From: an uncultured Acidobacteriota bacterium
GTDB taxonomy: Bacteria > Acidobacteriota > Terriglobia > Acidiferrales > UBA7541
Assembly (NCBI GenBank): GCA_963790855.1
Contig: CAWBPZ010000007.1
Span: forward strand, 236,949 to 300,948
Length of the DNA: 64,000 bases
Reading direction: 5' to 3'
Shown: one piece after another, positions 27,120-36,932 of the stretch
How the letters are laid out: each line of letters opens with the position of its first letter
Position numbering within the stretch: position 1 is the stretch's first letter
Notes under the pieces: model-generated
Told to the model about the DNA's origin: nothing
The model's database searches: none
What the model saw: the letters and a program-made list of their open reading frames with translations, nothing else
Translations under genes and position numbers: made by a program

Positions 27120-29996
27120 TTAGTCGTCGAGCAGGCTGTTTCCGGGAGCAGGTGCTGGGCCGGGAACATCGTTGCCGCCGAGGGAAACGAGCAGGCGGCG
27201 AAGTTTGGCGCGGTCTTCCAGATTCATGCCGACCATTTCGAAGCCGGCCTGATGCGAGCGCACGAAGCGGACCACGGCCTGCATGCTGATGGAGCGCAGG
27301 CCCGCGGGGATTTTCAAGGTAGCTTCGGTGCCGACGGGAAGTTGCAGCTCACCGCTGAGCAGGCCGCCATCCAAGCTGAGCACGCTGATCGCGGAAGAAT
27401 ATTTTCCCTTTGCCGAGGTGACCACGGCGGGCACGTTGCGCGGCAAGCGCACGCGGCGGTAGCGGCGATGGCGCACGAAATCGCGTTCGGGGATGGCATC
27501 GAGCGGCGCGAGTTGAAAGACTTTCGAATCCAAACCTGACTGCGGCAAGAATTCCTGAATCCACGCGGGATCGAGTTTGACCAGCGCCTGGGCTGCGGCC
27601 ATGCGAATTTCGTCGGGATAAACCCAGCCGAAGGTTTTGCGCTCTTCGACGAAGCGGCGCAGATGGCTGGCCGCTGCGGAAGCGCGCATGCGGCCGAGCG
27701 CTTCGATGGCCTTGACGCGGACGTAATCGGGGCCTTGCGGCAGTATTTCGCCTTCGGCGAGGCGCAGAAGTTTGGGGGCGGTATCACCGTCGGCGCACAT
27801 GCCGATTTCGTCGAGGGCGAGTGGAAGAATCATCACGTCGAACATTTCCAGCGAATCGGTGAGAAGCTTGCCGCGTTCGGGAGCGCCGGCGGTGGAAAGT
27901 TGGCGCACGACGGCATCGTGGAAGCCGCGGCCGCCATCACGGAGGCGGCGGGGCAGAAGTTCGTCCACGGATGCAGGATCGAGGCGGCTAAGCAGGCCGA
28001 TTACGGTGGCGGCTTTCGCGGGCGCATCGTTCTTGAGCGATTCCTTGAGGTAGCGCACGCACGGCGCGCCTACAGCCTTGGCGAGACCGACGACGCTTTC
28101 GCGTTCCGTGCGCCGCGAAGTGCGCGCGAGGCGCACGGAAAGATGTTCGGCCGCGCCCTGCGGTACGCGCATCAGCACGCCGACCAAACCGTCCGGCATG
28201 GATTCGGCGACCATGGCCTCTTCGATGAATTCAGGAATGCGGTTATCCACGCCGATGCGGGGACGCAAGGTTTGCACCCAGCTGGGGCGCGAGCCTTCCA
28301 GGTCCGCGAGTGAATCGAGGGCCTGTTGCACGGCGCGATAGTAGCGGCGCGCGGCAGATTCCTGGCTGAGGCGGACGAAAGCGGCGCTGAGAAGCGTTTG
28401 CAGTTCGGTGTCTTTTTCCGCGGCCATGGCCAAGCCAATCTTGGCGATCGTGTCTTGCAAGCGCTGGCTGGCGGCTTTGCTGTAGAGTTCGGCGAGTTGT
28501 CCGAGACCGATCGCGGCTTTCTTGCGCGCCTCGGCGTCGGAATTACCGACGCAGGATGCGTAGTGGAGAAGGATGTCTCCGGCAGCGTCTGATTCGCCGC
28601 GGCCCATGAGTTCTTCGACGTACTGTTGAACGTTGCGCGGCGGAATGCACCACGCTTCGGAAGACATCAGCACGGTTTTTTTGCCGGAGTCCGGGACGGC
28701 GGCCCAGAACTGGCGATCAAGCACGTCGGCGTGCGTTTCGATGGAAATTCCGGCGTGGGCCATTTTTTCTTCGCGCGATTTTAGCAGTTTGCGAAGAGTG
28801 GTGAGTTCGTTGCCCATGCGGTCCAGCATCTGGCGGACGGCGTTGACCTTCACTTCGCCGCGTTGGTAGCGATCAATGGCGAAACGGATGGCGAGGTCTT
28901 CGGCGAGACGCAGCATGGTGCTCTCGTCCAGTTTCTTTGAGGGTGATTGCGCGGCGACTGTCGCGAGCGCCTGCTGCAAAGTCACTTGCGCATTCTGCGG
29001 CAACGCCGAGAATTTTAGGCGCCACGACAGTGCGTCGAGGTCAGGATTTTTGGCTGATTGTGCTTCGCCGAACTGGGCAAGCAGCCTGAGCAGGCTGTGC
29101 AGTTCCGCTTCTTCGATCTGGCCGATTCCGCCGGCCAAGCCGGAGACGCCACCCCCGCCCGGGCCGGTACCAGCGCCGCTGCCAGAACCGAGTCCTGCGA
29201 TGCCGAAGTTACCGGATCCAAGATCTCCGCCGGTCCCTGCGCCAGTCCCTGCAGAAGATTCTGTGCCGACGCCTGAGCCACTTCCTCCCGCGTAGAACGA
29301 GCCGGGTACGGTTCCGCCGCTGCCGCCGGTCCCGGGCAGGCCTGGTCCGCCATGCTCGCCTTCCGCGGCCGCGATCAGCTGAATCATTTTTTCCGGGCTG
29401 CGGAACCACTCCTGGATGCGGTCGGCGTCGGCACCGAGAGTCTTGGCGGTGAGAGTGGCGGCGACTCGCGCGTCGGAAAATCCGGAGTCTTCGGCGACGA
29501 AGCGAATCTCGTTGACGCGGATGCCGGAATGGGTGCGGTTGGTGAAACAGACGGCGAGGCGCTCGGAAAGAGCTCCGGCCTTCGGGCCCGTCTCCATGAA
29601 GCACTTCACGAGATTGGAGAGTTCTTGGCGTTCAACGCGAGGGAGAAAACCGATGCTGGCTACTCCGGAGGCGTTGAGGAAATCAGCGAAACTGCGTTCG
29701 GCGGGGCTGGATTCCAGTGGGACACCATCAAGAAGTAGCTGGGAGCCAGCGGCGCCGAGGAGCAGCCCACCTGGCCCAGCGGCGTCGACGGCTGCCTGCA
29801 GTTCTGACCACGCGGAGTCAAACTGCGCGGCACACCGAGAATGCTCTAAACCATAGAGCCGAGCATACTTAAGCAGCACATTGAGGCTGCGCACGAAGGC
29901 CCGGGCGTTAGGGATTGTTGGCTCGCTCTGCATGGTTAACTCGCGAGAGACAGGTGCCATACGGTTCAACTCGTCACAAGTGTGTACTAGGACCAC
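27120..29996 (-). CDS. Large HEAT-repeat protein with a Gly-rich linker and a C-terminal PilZ domain (candidate c-di-GMP receptor)
   Basis: N-terminal FVRSLNVLLKYARLYGLEHS helix, which I recall from c-di-GMP signalling proteins. HEAT/PBS-lyase-type repeats (ARKKAAIGLGQL, RVKAIEALGRM). C-terminal RRYRRVRLPR ... ISVLSLDGGLLSG matches the PilZ RxxxR / D-x-S-x-x-G pattern. The start is ambiguous (29996, 29960 or 29933). Confidence 0.65.
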   Translation of the reverse strand: MVLVHTCDELNRMAPVSRELTMQSEPTIPNARAFVRSLNVLLKYARLYGLEHSRCAAQFDSAWSELQAAVDAAGPGGLLLGAAGSQLLLDGVPLESSPAERSFADFLNASGVASIGFLPRVERQELSNLVKCFMETGPKAGALSERLAVCFTNRTHSGIRVNEIRFVAEDSGFSDARVAATLTAKTLGADADRIQEWFRSPEKMIQLIAAAEGEHGGPGLPGTGGSGGTVPGSFYAGGSGSGVGTESSAGTGAGTGGDLGSGNFGIAGLGSGSGAGTGPGGGGVSGLAGGIGQIEEAELHSLLRLLAQFGEAQSAKNPDLDALSWRLKFSALPQNAQVTLQQALATVAAQSPSKKLDESTMLRLAEDLAIRFAIDRYQRGEVKVNAVRQMLDRMGNELTTLRKLLKSREEKMAHAGISIETHADVLDRQFWAAVPDSGKKTVLMSSEAWCIPPRNVQQYVEELMGRGESDAAGDILLHYASCVGNSDAEARKKAAIGLGQLAELYSKAASQRLQDTIAKIGLAMAAEKDTELQTLLSAAFVRLSQESAARRYYRAVQQALDSLADLEGSRPSWVQTLRPRIGVDNRIPEFIEEAMVAESMPDGLVGVLMRVPQGAAEHLSVRLARTSRRTERESVVGLAKAVGAPCVRYLKESLKNDAPAKAATVIGLLSRLDPASVDELLPRRLRDGGRGFHDAVVRQLSTAGAPERGKLLTDSLEMFDVMILPLALDEIGMCADGDTAPKLLRLAEGEILPQGPDYVRVKAIEALGRMRASAAASHLRRFVEERKTFGWVYPDEIRMAAAQALVKLDPAWIQEFLPQSGLDSKVFQLAPLDAIPERDFVRHRRYRRVRLPRNVPAVVTSAKGKYSSAISVLSLDGGLLSGELQLPVGTEATLKIPAGLRSISMQAVVRFVRSHQAGFEMVGMNLEDRAKLRRLLVSLGGNDVPGPAPAPGNSLLDD

Positions 29997-30057
29997 TGAT
30001 TATGGAAATAGTACGGAAGGCCTAAGGTCGCGCACTAAACAATAGGGAGGGTGGATG

Positions 30058-30612
30058 TTAGGAGGCCAGGCGGATCTCGATGTGCTGGCCTTCGAGGGTT
30101 GGCCGGGCGCGGCGGATAACTTCACTGGCCCACAGCTTCTCGCTGAGGATGACGAGCGAGCCATCTTCAAAATTGCAGATGGCGCAGAAGAAATATTTCG
30201 TGAATGCAGTGTGGTAAGCGTCAACGCCGCGGCGGGCGAGTTCGCCTTCGAGTGTGGGATCGCCTTCGGCGAGCGGGCCACCGGCACGGGCGCCAAAAGT
30301 TTCGCCCTGAAAACGGTCGACGAGAGGTTCAAGGACAGCGAGTTCGGGCGCGGGGACGACGATCGAGTGTTTGGTGGCTTCGCGGTAGGAGATCTGATGG
30401 CGCTGGCAATAATCGCGCAGACGATCGAGATGGCTGAAAAAATCGAGCCCCCAGTTTTCGGAGGCGGCGATAGCCAGGAGAACGCGCGACCAAATCTTCG
30501 CAGCGTCGGCGCCGCGGATGGGTTCGCGATTTTCGTCGGCTTCCGTTAGCTCGAGGGCCATCGCGCGGACGTCAGCGCCGAGATCGAGTGGTTCAATTTC
30601 GAGCAGGTACAC
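30058..30612 (-). CDS. Hypothetical protein (184 aa)
   Basis: Same strand as its neighbours, starting 4 nt after the upstream stop. I recognise no motif. Confidence 0.5.
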   Translation of the reverse strand: MYLLEIEPLDLGADVRAMALELTEADENREPIRGADAAKIWSRVLLAIAASENWGLDFFSHLDRLRDYCQRHQISYREATKHSIVVPAPELAVLEPLVDRFQGETFGARAGGPLAEGDPTLEGELARRGVDAYHTAFTKYFFCAICNFEDGSLVILSEKLWASEVIRRARPTLEGQHIEIRLAS

Positions 30613-30616
30613 GGAT

Positions 30617-31225
30617 TTATTCTTCCGTGGCGCCGGGTGCGTCTTCTTCGGGCCCGGGCACGGGGAATTTATTTTTGAATTCCGGCGACTGCTTGCGAAC
30701 TTCCAGCCAATCGAAGAAGGCGTCGGGAGTTTCCAGCCAGATGGCGAACCAGTGTGCGATTTCTTCTTTTTGGGCGCGTTTGTTCGCGTCCACTTTGTGG
30801 TTGCGCGAAATCATCTCGGCGCGGCGGCGGCCGAGGCGCGCGACTTCGCGGACGCGTTCGGCGGCGGCCTGCTCGTGTTCGAGAAGGAATTTGCGGAGGA
30901 GTTCATCGAGGCGCACCAGGCACATTTCGGCTTCTTCGAGCGTGGAGAAGTGGAGCAGGTCGGTGAATTCCTCTTCGTAACGGCCGTCGGTATCGGAACG
31001 CGTGGACCACACGACGCGCAAACCGGCTTCTTCGAGCACGCTTACGATATAGTCGGGTGAAGTTTTTCCTTGCGCGCCGAGCTGAGCGATCAATTGGCGG
31101 CGGATCTGTTCGATCTCGGCGGGAGTGTAGCGCGGCTTGCCGAGCCCCTCCGCGACTTCCAGGATCAACGCCTTCTTGGTGGGCGAACCGCCTTCGTGAT
31201 GCGCGTCTGAACGAGCGGGACTCAC
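30617..31225 (-). CDS. Hypothetical protein (202 aa)
   Basis: The GTG start overlaps the mltG stop (GTGA). The protein is charged and helical, with no recognised family. Confidence 0.5.
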   Translation of the reverse strand: MSPARSDAHHEGGSPTKKALILEVAEGLGKPRYTPAEIEQIRRQLIAQLGAQGKTSPDYIVSVLEEAGLRVVWSTRSDTDGRYEEEFTDLLHFSTLEEAEMCLVRLDELLRKFLLEHEQAAAERVREVARLGRRRAEMISRNHKVDANKRAQKEEIAHWFAIWLETPDAFFDWLEVRKQSPEFKNKFPVPGPEEDAPGATEE

Positions 31226-32286
31226 GACGGCCCTCGATGCGCGGGCTGTTTCTGTTCGGCGACAGGTTGCTGGTCGTGGGAAAGCAGGCTGCGATAGCGG
31301 GCGACGTTGCGATTGTGCTCGGCGAGCGTCTTGCTGAAAAAATGGCCGCCGTTATCGTTAGCGACGAAATAGAGGTAGTCGGTCTGCGCGGGCGCAAGGG
31401 CGGCGCGGAGCGATGCTTCTCCTGGGTTCGCGATTGGGCCGGGAGGCAGGCCGGGATTTTTGTACGTGTTGTACGGCGAATCGATTTGCAAATCCTTGGC
31501 GTGCACGACTTTTACCGGGTGACCAGCGAGTTCCAGCGCGTATGCGACGGTGGGATCGCACTGCAACGGGCCGCCGCGTTTGATGCGATTGTAAAACACG
31601 CCAGCAACGAGAGGACGCTCTTCCTTGCGCGGGGTCTCGCGTTCGACGAGGGACGCGAGAGTGACGACCTGATCAGCGGTGAGCCCTTCGGGAAGATTCG
31701 CGGCGTCTTGCGGATTCAAGGATTCCCATACAGCGCGGAAATTCTGGACCATGCGCTTGGCAGCTTGTTCGCAGGTGGTATGGTGCGTGAATTCGTAAGT
31801 GGAAGGAAATAGATAACCTTCTAGGTTCTGCGCTTGCGGAGCCCAGTCGGCAATCAGGCCGGTGTCTTTGGCGGCTTCGAGGAAGTTTTCGCGGGAGCAG
31901 ACGCCCTGGCGGTCAAGCTCGGTGGCGATATCGAACATCGTCCAGCCTTCGGGAATCGTGACGGTGTGCACAAAAATTCTGCCCTGGGCGATCTGCCAGA
32001 AGACTTCGCGCGAGGTGACTGGATGATCGAAATAATATTCGCCCGCTTCCATCGGCGTGCGGAAGTGCCAGAAGCTGAAGAGGGCGAAAGCCAGGCGGTC
32101 GCGGATCACGTCATTCTGTCGAAGAATTCCGGCAATGGACCAGCGTGATTTGCCGTGGGGGATATCCACGAAAACTTTTTCGGGGCGGTGACCGCGATAG
32201 GGGCGGCTGATTTGCGAATCGAGCCAACCGGCGCCGGCGCCGATTGCAGCGATCACAAGAAGAGCCAGGAGGCCTAGCCGTCGCAT
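31222..32286 (-). CDS. mltG: Endolytic murein transglycosylase MltG (YceG family)
   Basis: N-terminal TM helix, YLFPSTYEF, ASLVERET, VFYNRIK, LQCDPTVAY and SPYNTYKNPGLPPGPIANPG. Confidence 0.85.
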   Translation of the reverse strand: MRRLGLLALLVIAAIGAGAGWLDSQISRPYRGHRPEKVFVDIPHGKSRWSIAGILRQNDVIRDRLAFALFSFWHFRTPMEAGEYYFDHPVTSREVFWQIAQGRIFVHTVTIPEGWTMFDIATELDRQGVCSRENFLEAAKDTGLIADWAPQAQNLEGYLFPSTYEFTHHTTCEQAAKRMVQNFRAVWESLNPQDAANLPEGLTADQVVTLASLVERETPRKEERPLVAGVFYNRIKRGGPLQCDPTVAYALELAGHPVKVVHAKDLQIDSPYNTYKNPGLPPGPIANPGEASLRAALAPAQTDYLYFVANDNGGHFFSKTLAEHNRNVARYRSLLSHDQQPVAEQKQPAHRGPS

Positions 32287-32302
32287 CGCCGGTTATTCCT
32301 TC

Positions 32303-32800
32303 TCAGCCGCGGCAGGTTGCAGGCCTGCCGCGATTGCGTTCGAGATACTCGCGCAGGAAGATGGCGGCGGCGACGTCGTCGAGCGACGATTCCTTGCGCT
32401 GCCGAAATGAGCCCGCTTCGGCCATCATTTGCCCTGCCTCCCAACTGGTGAGGCGCTCGTCCACTAGATCCACTTCGATTCCCAACTCCTTGCGCAGGCG
32501 CGCGGCAAAACGCGCGGCTTCGTCTGCCATTTCGCCCGCTTCGCCGGTGATGTGCAGCGGGTGGCCCACGAGGATACGCGCGACGCCCTGTTTTCTGCAA
32601 ATGTCGCGCAGGCGACGGATATCTTCGCGGCGATTGGCGCGTTTTATCACGGCGAGCGGCTGCGCTGTGAGCTGCAATTCGTCGGAGAGAGCCAAGCCGA
32701 TTCGCTTGCGGCCATAGTCAATCGCCAGAATCCTGCAAGGAGCGGATTCCGGAGAGGCGGCAGAGCTATCCCGAACGATGGCGCGCTGGCTAGCTGTCAT
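32303..32800 (-). CDS. ruvX: Holliday-junction resolvase-like nuclease RuvX (YqgF)
   Basis: ILAIDYGRKRIGLALSD, VDERLTSWEA and DDVAAAIFLREYLE. The start was trimmed to ATG 32800. Confidence 0.8.
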   Translation of the reverse strand: MTASQRAIVRDSSAASPESAPCRILAIDYGRKRIGLALSDELQLTAQPLAVIKRANRREDIRRLRDICRKQGVARILVGHPLHITGEAGEMADEAARFAARLRKELGIEVDLVDERLTSWEAGQMMAEAGSFRQRKESSLDDVAAAIFLREYLERNRGRPATCRG

Positions 32801-32893
32801 GTTCTTCCGCATAGTATACGCGATGCATGCCACCACGAGCACAACGGGAGCCGCGGATGTGCGACGTGAAAGCACAGGGGTGAAGCGCGAGAA

Positions 32894-34453
32894 TTAGGGC
32901 GCGCGGCCGCGGACGCTTTTTTCCCAGAGCGGCCAGAAGCCGGCTTCTTGCATTTCCTTGTCGAGGCCAGTGTCGCGGAGAAGTTGCTCGATTTCGGCGC
33001 GAGATTGGCGCGGACCGATGCGCTGCTCTGCGTCGGCCAGTGCGAATGCCGTGACTGCGGCGATTCCGGCGTGGCGCTTCAGCTCGGCGATGTCGACTTT
33101 ATCGAAGGTGTCTGACGCGGCGTGATAGTTGAGCATGTAATTCGCAGGGTCCTGAATGGCGACGAGCGTGGGGACGCCTTCGAGGAGGAAGTCGAAATTG
33201 TCGGTATCCATCCCGGCGTCCATGGTGAAATCTTTTACGCCGAGAGAGGTTGTGGGTTCGAGCGCCGCGCGAAGGGGTGCGACGAGATCTTTGCGGCCGC
33301 CCAGCGCGTAGCCAGTGACTTTGCCGTTTCCTGAATCGTAGATGACTGCAGCGATCATGTTGTCCAGTTCGGCGCGATGCGCGTGTGCGTAGGCCGCTGA
33401 GCCGAGCAGGCCCTGCTCTTCACCGGTGAAAAGGATGAAGCGGATGGAGCGGCGCGGGATGGTGCCCGAGGCGTGAATCACTCGGGCGGCGTCAATCACC
33501 ATCGCGATGTTGCAGCCGTTATCGAGCGCGCCGGTGCCAAGGTCCCAGGAATCCAGGTGGCCGCCGAGAACCACGAATTCATCGGGCTTTTCGCGGCCGC
33601 GAATTTCCGCGACGACATTTTCGGAATCCACGGGACCAGTGAGGCGATTCGGCATTTCGAAGTGCACGTGTACTTTTTGTCCGGCTGCCAGGAAACGGGC
33701 GATGCGTTCGGCGTCCTCTCGGGCCACGACGGCTTGCGGCATTTTCTCCACTTCTCCATTGACTGCGAGCGTGTGGCGATAGAGAAGCAGATTGGGGCGT
33801 GAGGACATCCACAGAACGGCAACGGCGCCGGCCTTTAGCGCGCGGTCGAGGATGGCGGGACCGACGGTGTATTCGCTCGAGAGATCGTCCCAGGTGACGA
33901 GAAAATTCGAGTGGATCAAGACGATCGCGTCTTTCGCGGCGGTTCCGGCTTTGGCGAAGCCGGCATCATCGCCCATGCCGGCGTCTACGATGTCGGCGGT
34001 GATTCCGCCTTCGGGAGTAGGGGGCGACCAGCCGATGGAAACCAGGCGCACTGGAAACGGAGTGGGGGAGAGAATTTCCAGGTGCGTGTGACCTTCGGAC
34101 CAGCCAACGGGGATGCTGAATTTTTCGGTGTGGACGTCGTCAACGCCGGCGTGACGAAAAGCTTGAACTCCCCAATCCGCGGCCCGGTCGGCTGAAGGCG
34201 TGCCGGTGACTCGGCCACCGATGGTGTCGCTGAGGTAGCGCAGATTTTCTTCGAGGGGAGAGGGACCGAGGGCGGACTGAATCATGGTGGGTGCCAATTG
34301 GGCACAGGATTTCTGCACCGAGCACGCGCCGGAGCCTTGCGGTACCTGCGCTGAGAGCGGAGCGGGCTTGATGGGAGGAATTTGGGCGGCCGCTGCGAGC
34401 GACACAAACAGCAGGCCGTGGATAACTACTGAGAGTTTGAAGGATTTGTACAA
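32894..34453 (-). CDS. Secreted M28-family aminopeptidase with PA domain
   Basis: Signal peptide, then the zinc-site region VVLGGHLDSWDLGTGALDNGCN and FTGEEQGLLGS. Confidence 0.8.
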   Translation of the reverse strand: MYKSFKLSVVIHGLLFVSLAAAAQIPPIKPAPLSAQVPQGSGACSVQKSCAQLAPTMIQSALGPSPLEENLRYLSDTIGGRVTGTPSADRAADWGVQAFRHAGVDDVHTEKFSIPVGWSEGHTHLEILSPTPFPVRLVSIGWSPPTPEGGITADIVDAGMGDDAGFAKAGTAAKDAIVLIHSNFLVTWDDLSSEYTVGPAILDRALKAGAVAVLWMSSRPNLLLYRHTLAVNGEVEKMPQAVVAREDAERIARFLAAGQKVHVHFEMPNRLTGPVDSENVVAEIRGREKPDEFVVLGGHLDSWDLGTGALDNGCNIAMVIDAARVIHASGTIPRRSIRFILFTGEEQGLLGSAAYAHAHRAELDNMIAAVIYDSGNGKVTGYALGGRKDLVAPLRAALEPTTSLGVKDFTMDAGMDTDNFDFLLEGVPTLVAIQDPANYMLNYHAASDTFDKVDIAELKRHAGIAAVTAFALADAEQRIGPRQSRAEIEQLLRDTGLDKEMQEAGFWPLWEKSVRGRAP

Positions 34454-34720
34454 GGCTTCCGCCCCCCACGAAAGATTTTCGGCGCAGGCTTATAGGAGAG
34501 GAGTGTAACCCGAAAGCATTTTCCGTAAACGGATTCGTGACGCCTGGAGCGTTCGGGGATGACGGGGCGGGTCATCTTGGTTGTGAAGAAGCTGTGGATA
34601 ACTTGTAAGCACGGAAGAATTTGCAATGCCAGAGCAGTTTCTACCTAATGAATGATAGAGCCACAGAGCGCCCGCAACGCACATCTTTCTCATTTTGAGG
34701 CACTTAAATAAGTTGGCGTT

Positions 34721-34736
34721 TGGCAAAGAGCCTGCC
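34721..34736 (+). promoter_or_regulatory. Weak sigma54-like -24/-12 element (TGGCAaagagccTGCc)
   Basis: The GG to GC spacing is correct at 12 nt, with two mismatches to TGGCAC-N5-TTGC. It lies in an AT-richer spacer upstream of the LuxR-family gene. Confidence 0.2.
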
Positions 34737-34756
34737 ACGGCCAAGTGCCGGGTTGA

Positions 34757-34773
34757 AAAGTGACCGTCACTTT
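34757..34773. promoter_or_regulatory. 17-bp perfect palindrome AAAGTGAC-C-GTCACTTT
   Basis: 8-bp arms around a single central base. This is too tight for an RNA hairpin, so it looks like an operator. Confidence 0.3.
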
Positions 34774-34888
34774 CTCAATGGGGAAATTGAAGCAGCCGAA
34801 CCTGATCGGCGCGACCCTGTTTCAGTAAGTACTTCGTGCAAAAACAGATGTAGACATACCGTCGGGCAATGCAACATTACAATTTGAC

Positions 34889-35587
34889 TTGAAAATCCCA
34901 AGGCTTCGCCGCATGCAATCCTGGGCAAGCAGACGGAAGGCTCCTTTGAAAAAAGTTCGCGTTTTTCCAAAACTGATTCCCCGCGAGAATAAACAAGAAG
35001 CGAACCACCCGAACCTATTCCTATTTTGTGAGTCGTCGAGCGGTACGGCGCAGTTCCGTGCGACTGGCGGCGGAGACCTGGAGTGTACCGTCGAGCGGAT
35101 CGCAGGGCTGCTCGCGATGCAGTGCCTCGTGCGTGGACAGAATCCGGCGGAGTTTCAAGTTCTGGTGCCCGCCGAGCAGTCTCTGGTGGCGCGGCTGATC
35201 TCGCGGACCGAAGAGCTGCTGAAAGAGGGACGCGCGATCGCTTGCCCCGCATCGTTGAGCGCGCGGCAGAGAGAAGTGCTGGACGCGGTGGTGAGCAATC
35301 GCGCGAACAAGGAAATCGCGTCGCGGCTGAATATCACAGTGCGCACCGTGAAATTCCACGTGTCTTCGTTGCTGAGCAAATTTGGAGTGGAGACGCGCGC
35401 GGAATTGGCACGCCGAGCTGCCGGATTCATGCGGCCGACGCTGCTGGAAAATGAAGCGAGGACTCCGGCGCAAGGCAGCAAGGGAAGCCGGAACCTGGTC
35501 CCCGAGCAAGCGATGCAGAAAACGGCGCTGGCCATCGCGGATGGCTCGCGCAGCGTGCGCTTCCCTGGGCGCGTACTAACCGCGTAA
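34889..35587 (+). CDS. LuxR-family HTH transcriptional regulator (solo; no receiver domain recognised)
   Basis: C-terminal LSARQREVLDAVVSNRANKEIASRLNITVRTVKFHVSSLLSKFG. The 5' third is low-GC, so the true start may be further downstream. Confidence 0.7.
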   Translation: MKIPRLRRMQSWASRRKAPLKKVRVFPKLIPRENKQEANHPNLFLFCESSSGTAQFRATGGGDLECTVERIAGLLAMQCLVRGQNPAEFQVLVPAEQSLVARLISRTEELLKEGRAIACPASLSARQREVLDAVVSNRANKEIASRLNITVRTVKFHVSSLLSKFGVETRAELARRAAGFMRPTLLENEARTPAQGSKGSRNLVPEQAMQKTALAIADGSRSVRFPGRVLTA

Positions 35588-35622
35588 CGCGCATCGTCCC
35601 GGAAGAACAGAAGATTAGGCCA

Positions 35623-36678
35623 CTAGTGTCTGGGGGGATCTTGTCCCGACTCCGTGATGGTCTGTTGAGAAAGTCCTCGATCCCCGTAGTGTTTCTGGTA
35701 GTAAGTTAGATAGTCTCCGCCGCGCACTCCCGCAACCCACTTCGTGTTCGTGCGATACCATTCAATCGTCTGGTGCAGACCATCGTCCAGGGAAATGGTG
35801 GGATTCCAGCCGAGTTCCCGTTCGATTTTGTCGCAGCGCAGCGCATAACGGCGGTCGTGGCCGGGCCGATCTTGTACGCGGGAAAGTAGCGATTCTGATT
35901 TTCCGGTGGCGCGGAGTACGCGGCGCGCCAGCGTGAGATTTTCGACCACCTCAGTGCCTCCAATGTTGTAAACCTCGCCGATACGCCCGCGCTCGAGAAC
36001 CGCCAGAATTGCGCGGCAATGATCCTGCACATGCAGCCAATCGCGTTCTTGCCGGCCGTCGCCGTAAATGGGGAGAGGCTTGTCGTCCAACGCGTTGGTG
36101 ATCATGAGCGGCAGAAATTTTTCCGGGAATTGGAAAGGTCCGTAATTGTTGGAGGCGCGCGTGATGACGGCCGGGAAATCGAACGTGCGAACGTAAGACC
36201 TGACGATCAGGTCCGAGCTGGCTTTCGAGGCGGAGTAGGGACTACTCGGCTGGAGCAGGGAGTTTTCGTCGGCAAAGGCGCCGGGCGCGATGTCGCCGTA
36301 GACCTCATCAGTCGAGACGTGCACGAATTTTTCAATGTTGAGCTTGCGCGCGATTTGGAGAAGCACGAAGGTGCCGGTGACATTGGTTTCAATCGCGGGC
36401 GCTGGCTCATAGATGCTGCGGTCAACATGAGATTCGGCAGCAAAATGAACGACCATCTGGCAACCGGCCATGGCCGCTTCGACGGCGGCGGGATCGCAAA
36501 TATCGCCCTTGATAAAGGTGTATTGCGGACTGTCCGCGACGGAAGCGAGGTTCGCGAGGTTTCCGGCGTAGGTCAGTTTGTCGAAGTTAACGACGGAAAA
36601 TTCTTTGGGAAGGCCCAGAACGTGAGTGATGAAATTCGATCCGATGAAACCCGCGCCGCCGGTGACGAAAATTTTCAT
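35623..36678 (-). CDS. rfbB: dTDP-glucose 4,6-dehydratase
   Basis: MKIFVTGGAGFIGSNF, the YSASKASSD catalytic YxxxK, and YGDGRQERDWLHVQDH. Confidence 0.9.
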   Translation of the reverse strand: MKIFVTGGAGFIGSNFITHVLGLPKEFSVVNFDKLTYAGNLANLASVADSPQYTFIKGDICDPAAVEAAMAGCQMVVHFAAESHVDRSIYEPAPAIETNVTGTFVLLQIARKLNIEKFVHVSTDEVYGDIAPGAFADENSLLQPSSPYSASKASSDLIVRSYVRTFDFPAVITRASNNYGPFQFPEKFLPLMITNALDDKPLPIYGDGRQERDWLHVQDHCRAILAVLERGRIGEVYNIGGTEVVENLTLARRVLRATGKSESLLSRVQDRPGHDRRYALRCDKIERELGWNPTISLDDGLHQTIEWYRTNTKWVAGVRGGDYLTYYQKHYGDRGLSQQTITESGQDPPRH

Positions 36679-36932
36679 CGAGGCACTTCGCGACATTCGG
36701 CGCCGGAGCGTTTCAAGCGAGTGAGAATTTTCCTTGCGAGGACTCCAACTTTCATTTTTCTCTCAATTTTTCCGGCCTGAGGCATTGCGGTGCCTTTGCG
36801 CTCGAATGGCTTGATTATTGCCGGGAACAAATTGAATCGCAATTAAAGTATTGGGGCGGACGATTCCGAGGCATCGCGCGCCAGTTCACCGCCGTCGTTG
36901 CGGCTCACGAGATCGCGCCACGAAGCGGGGGG

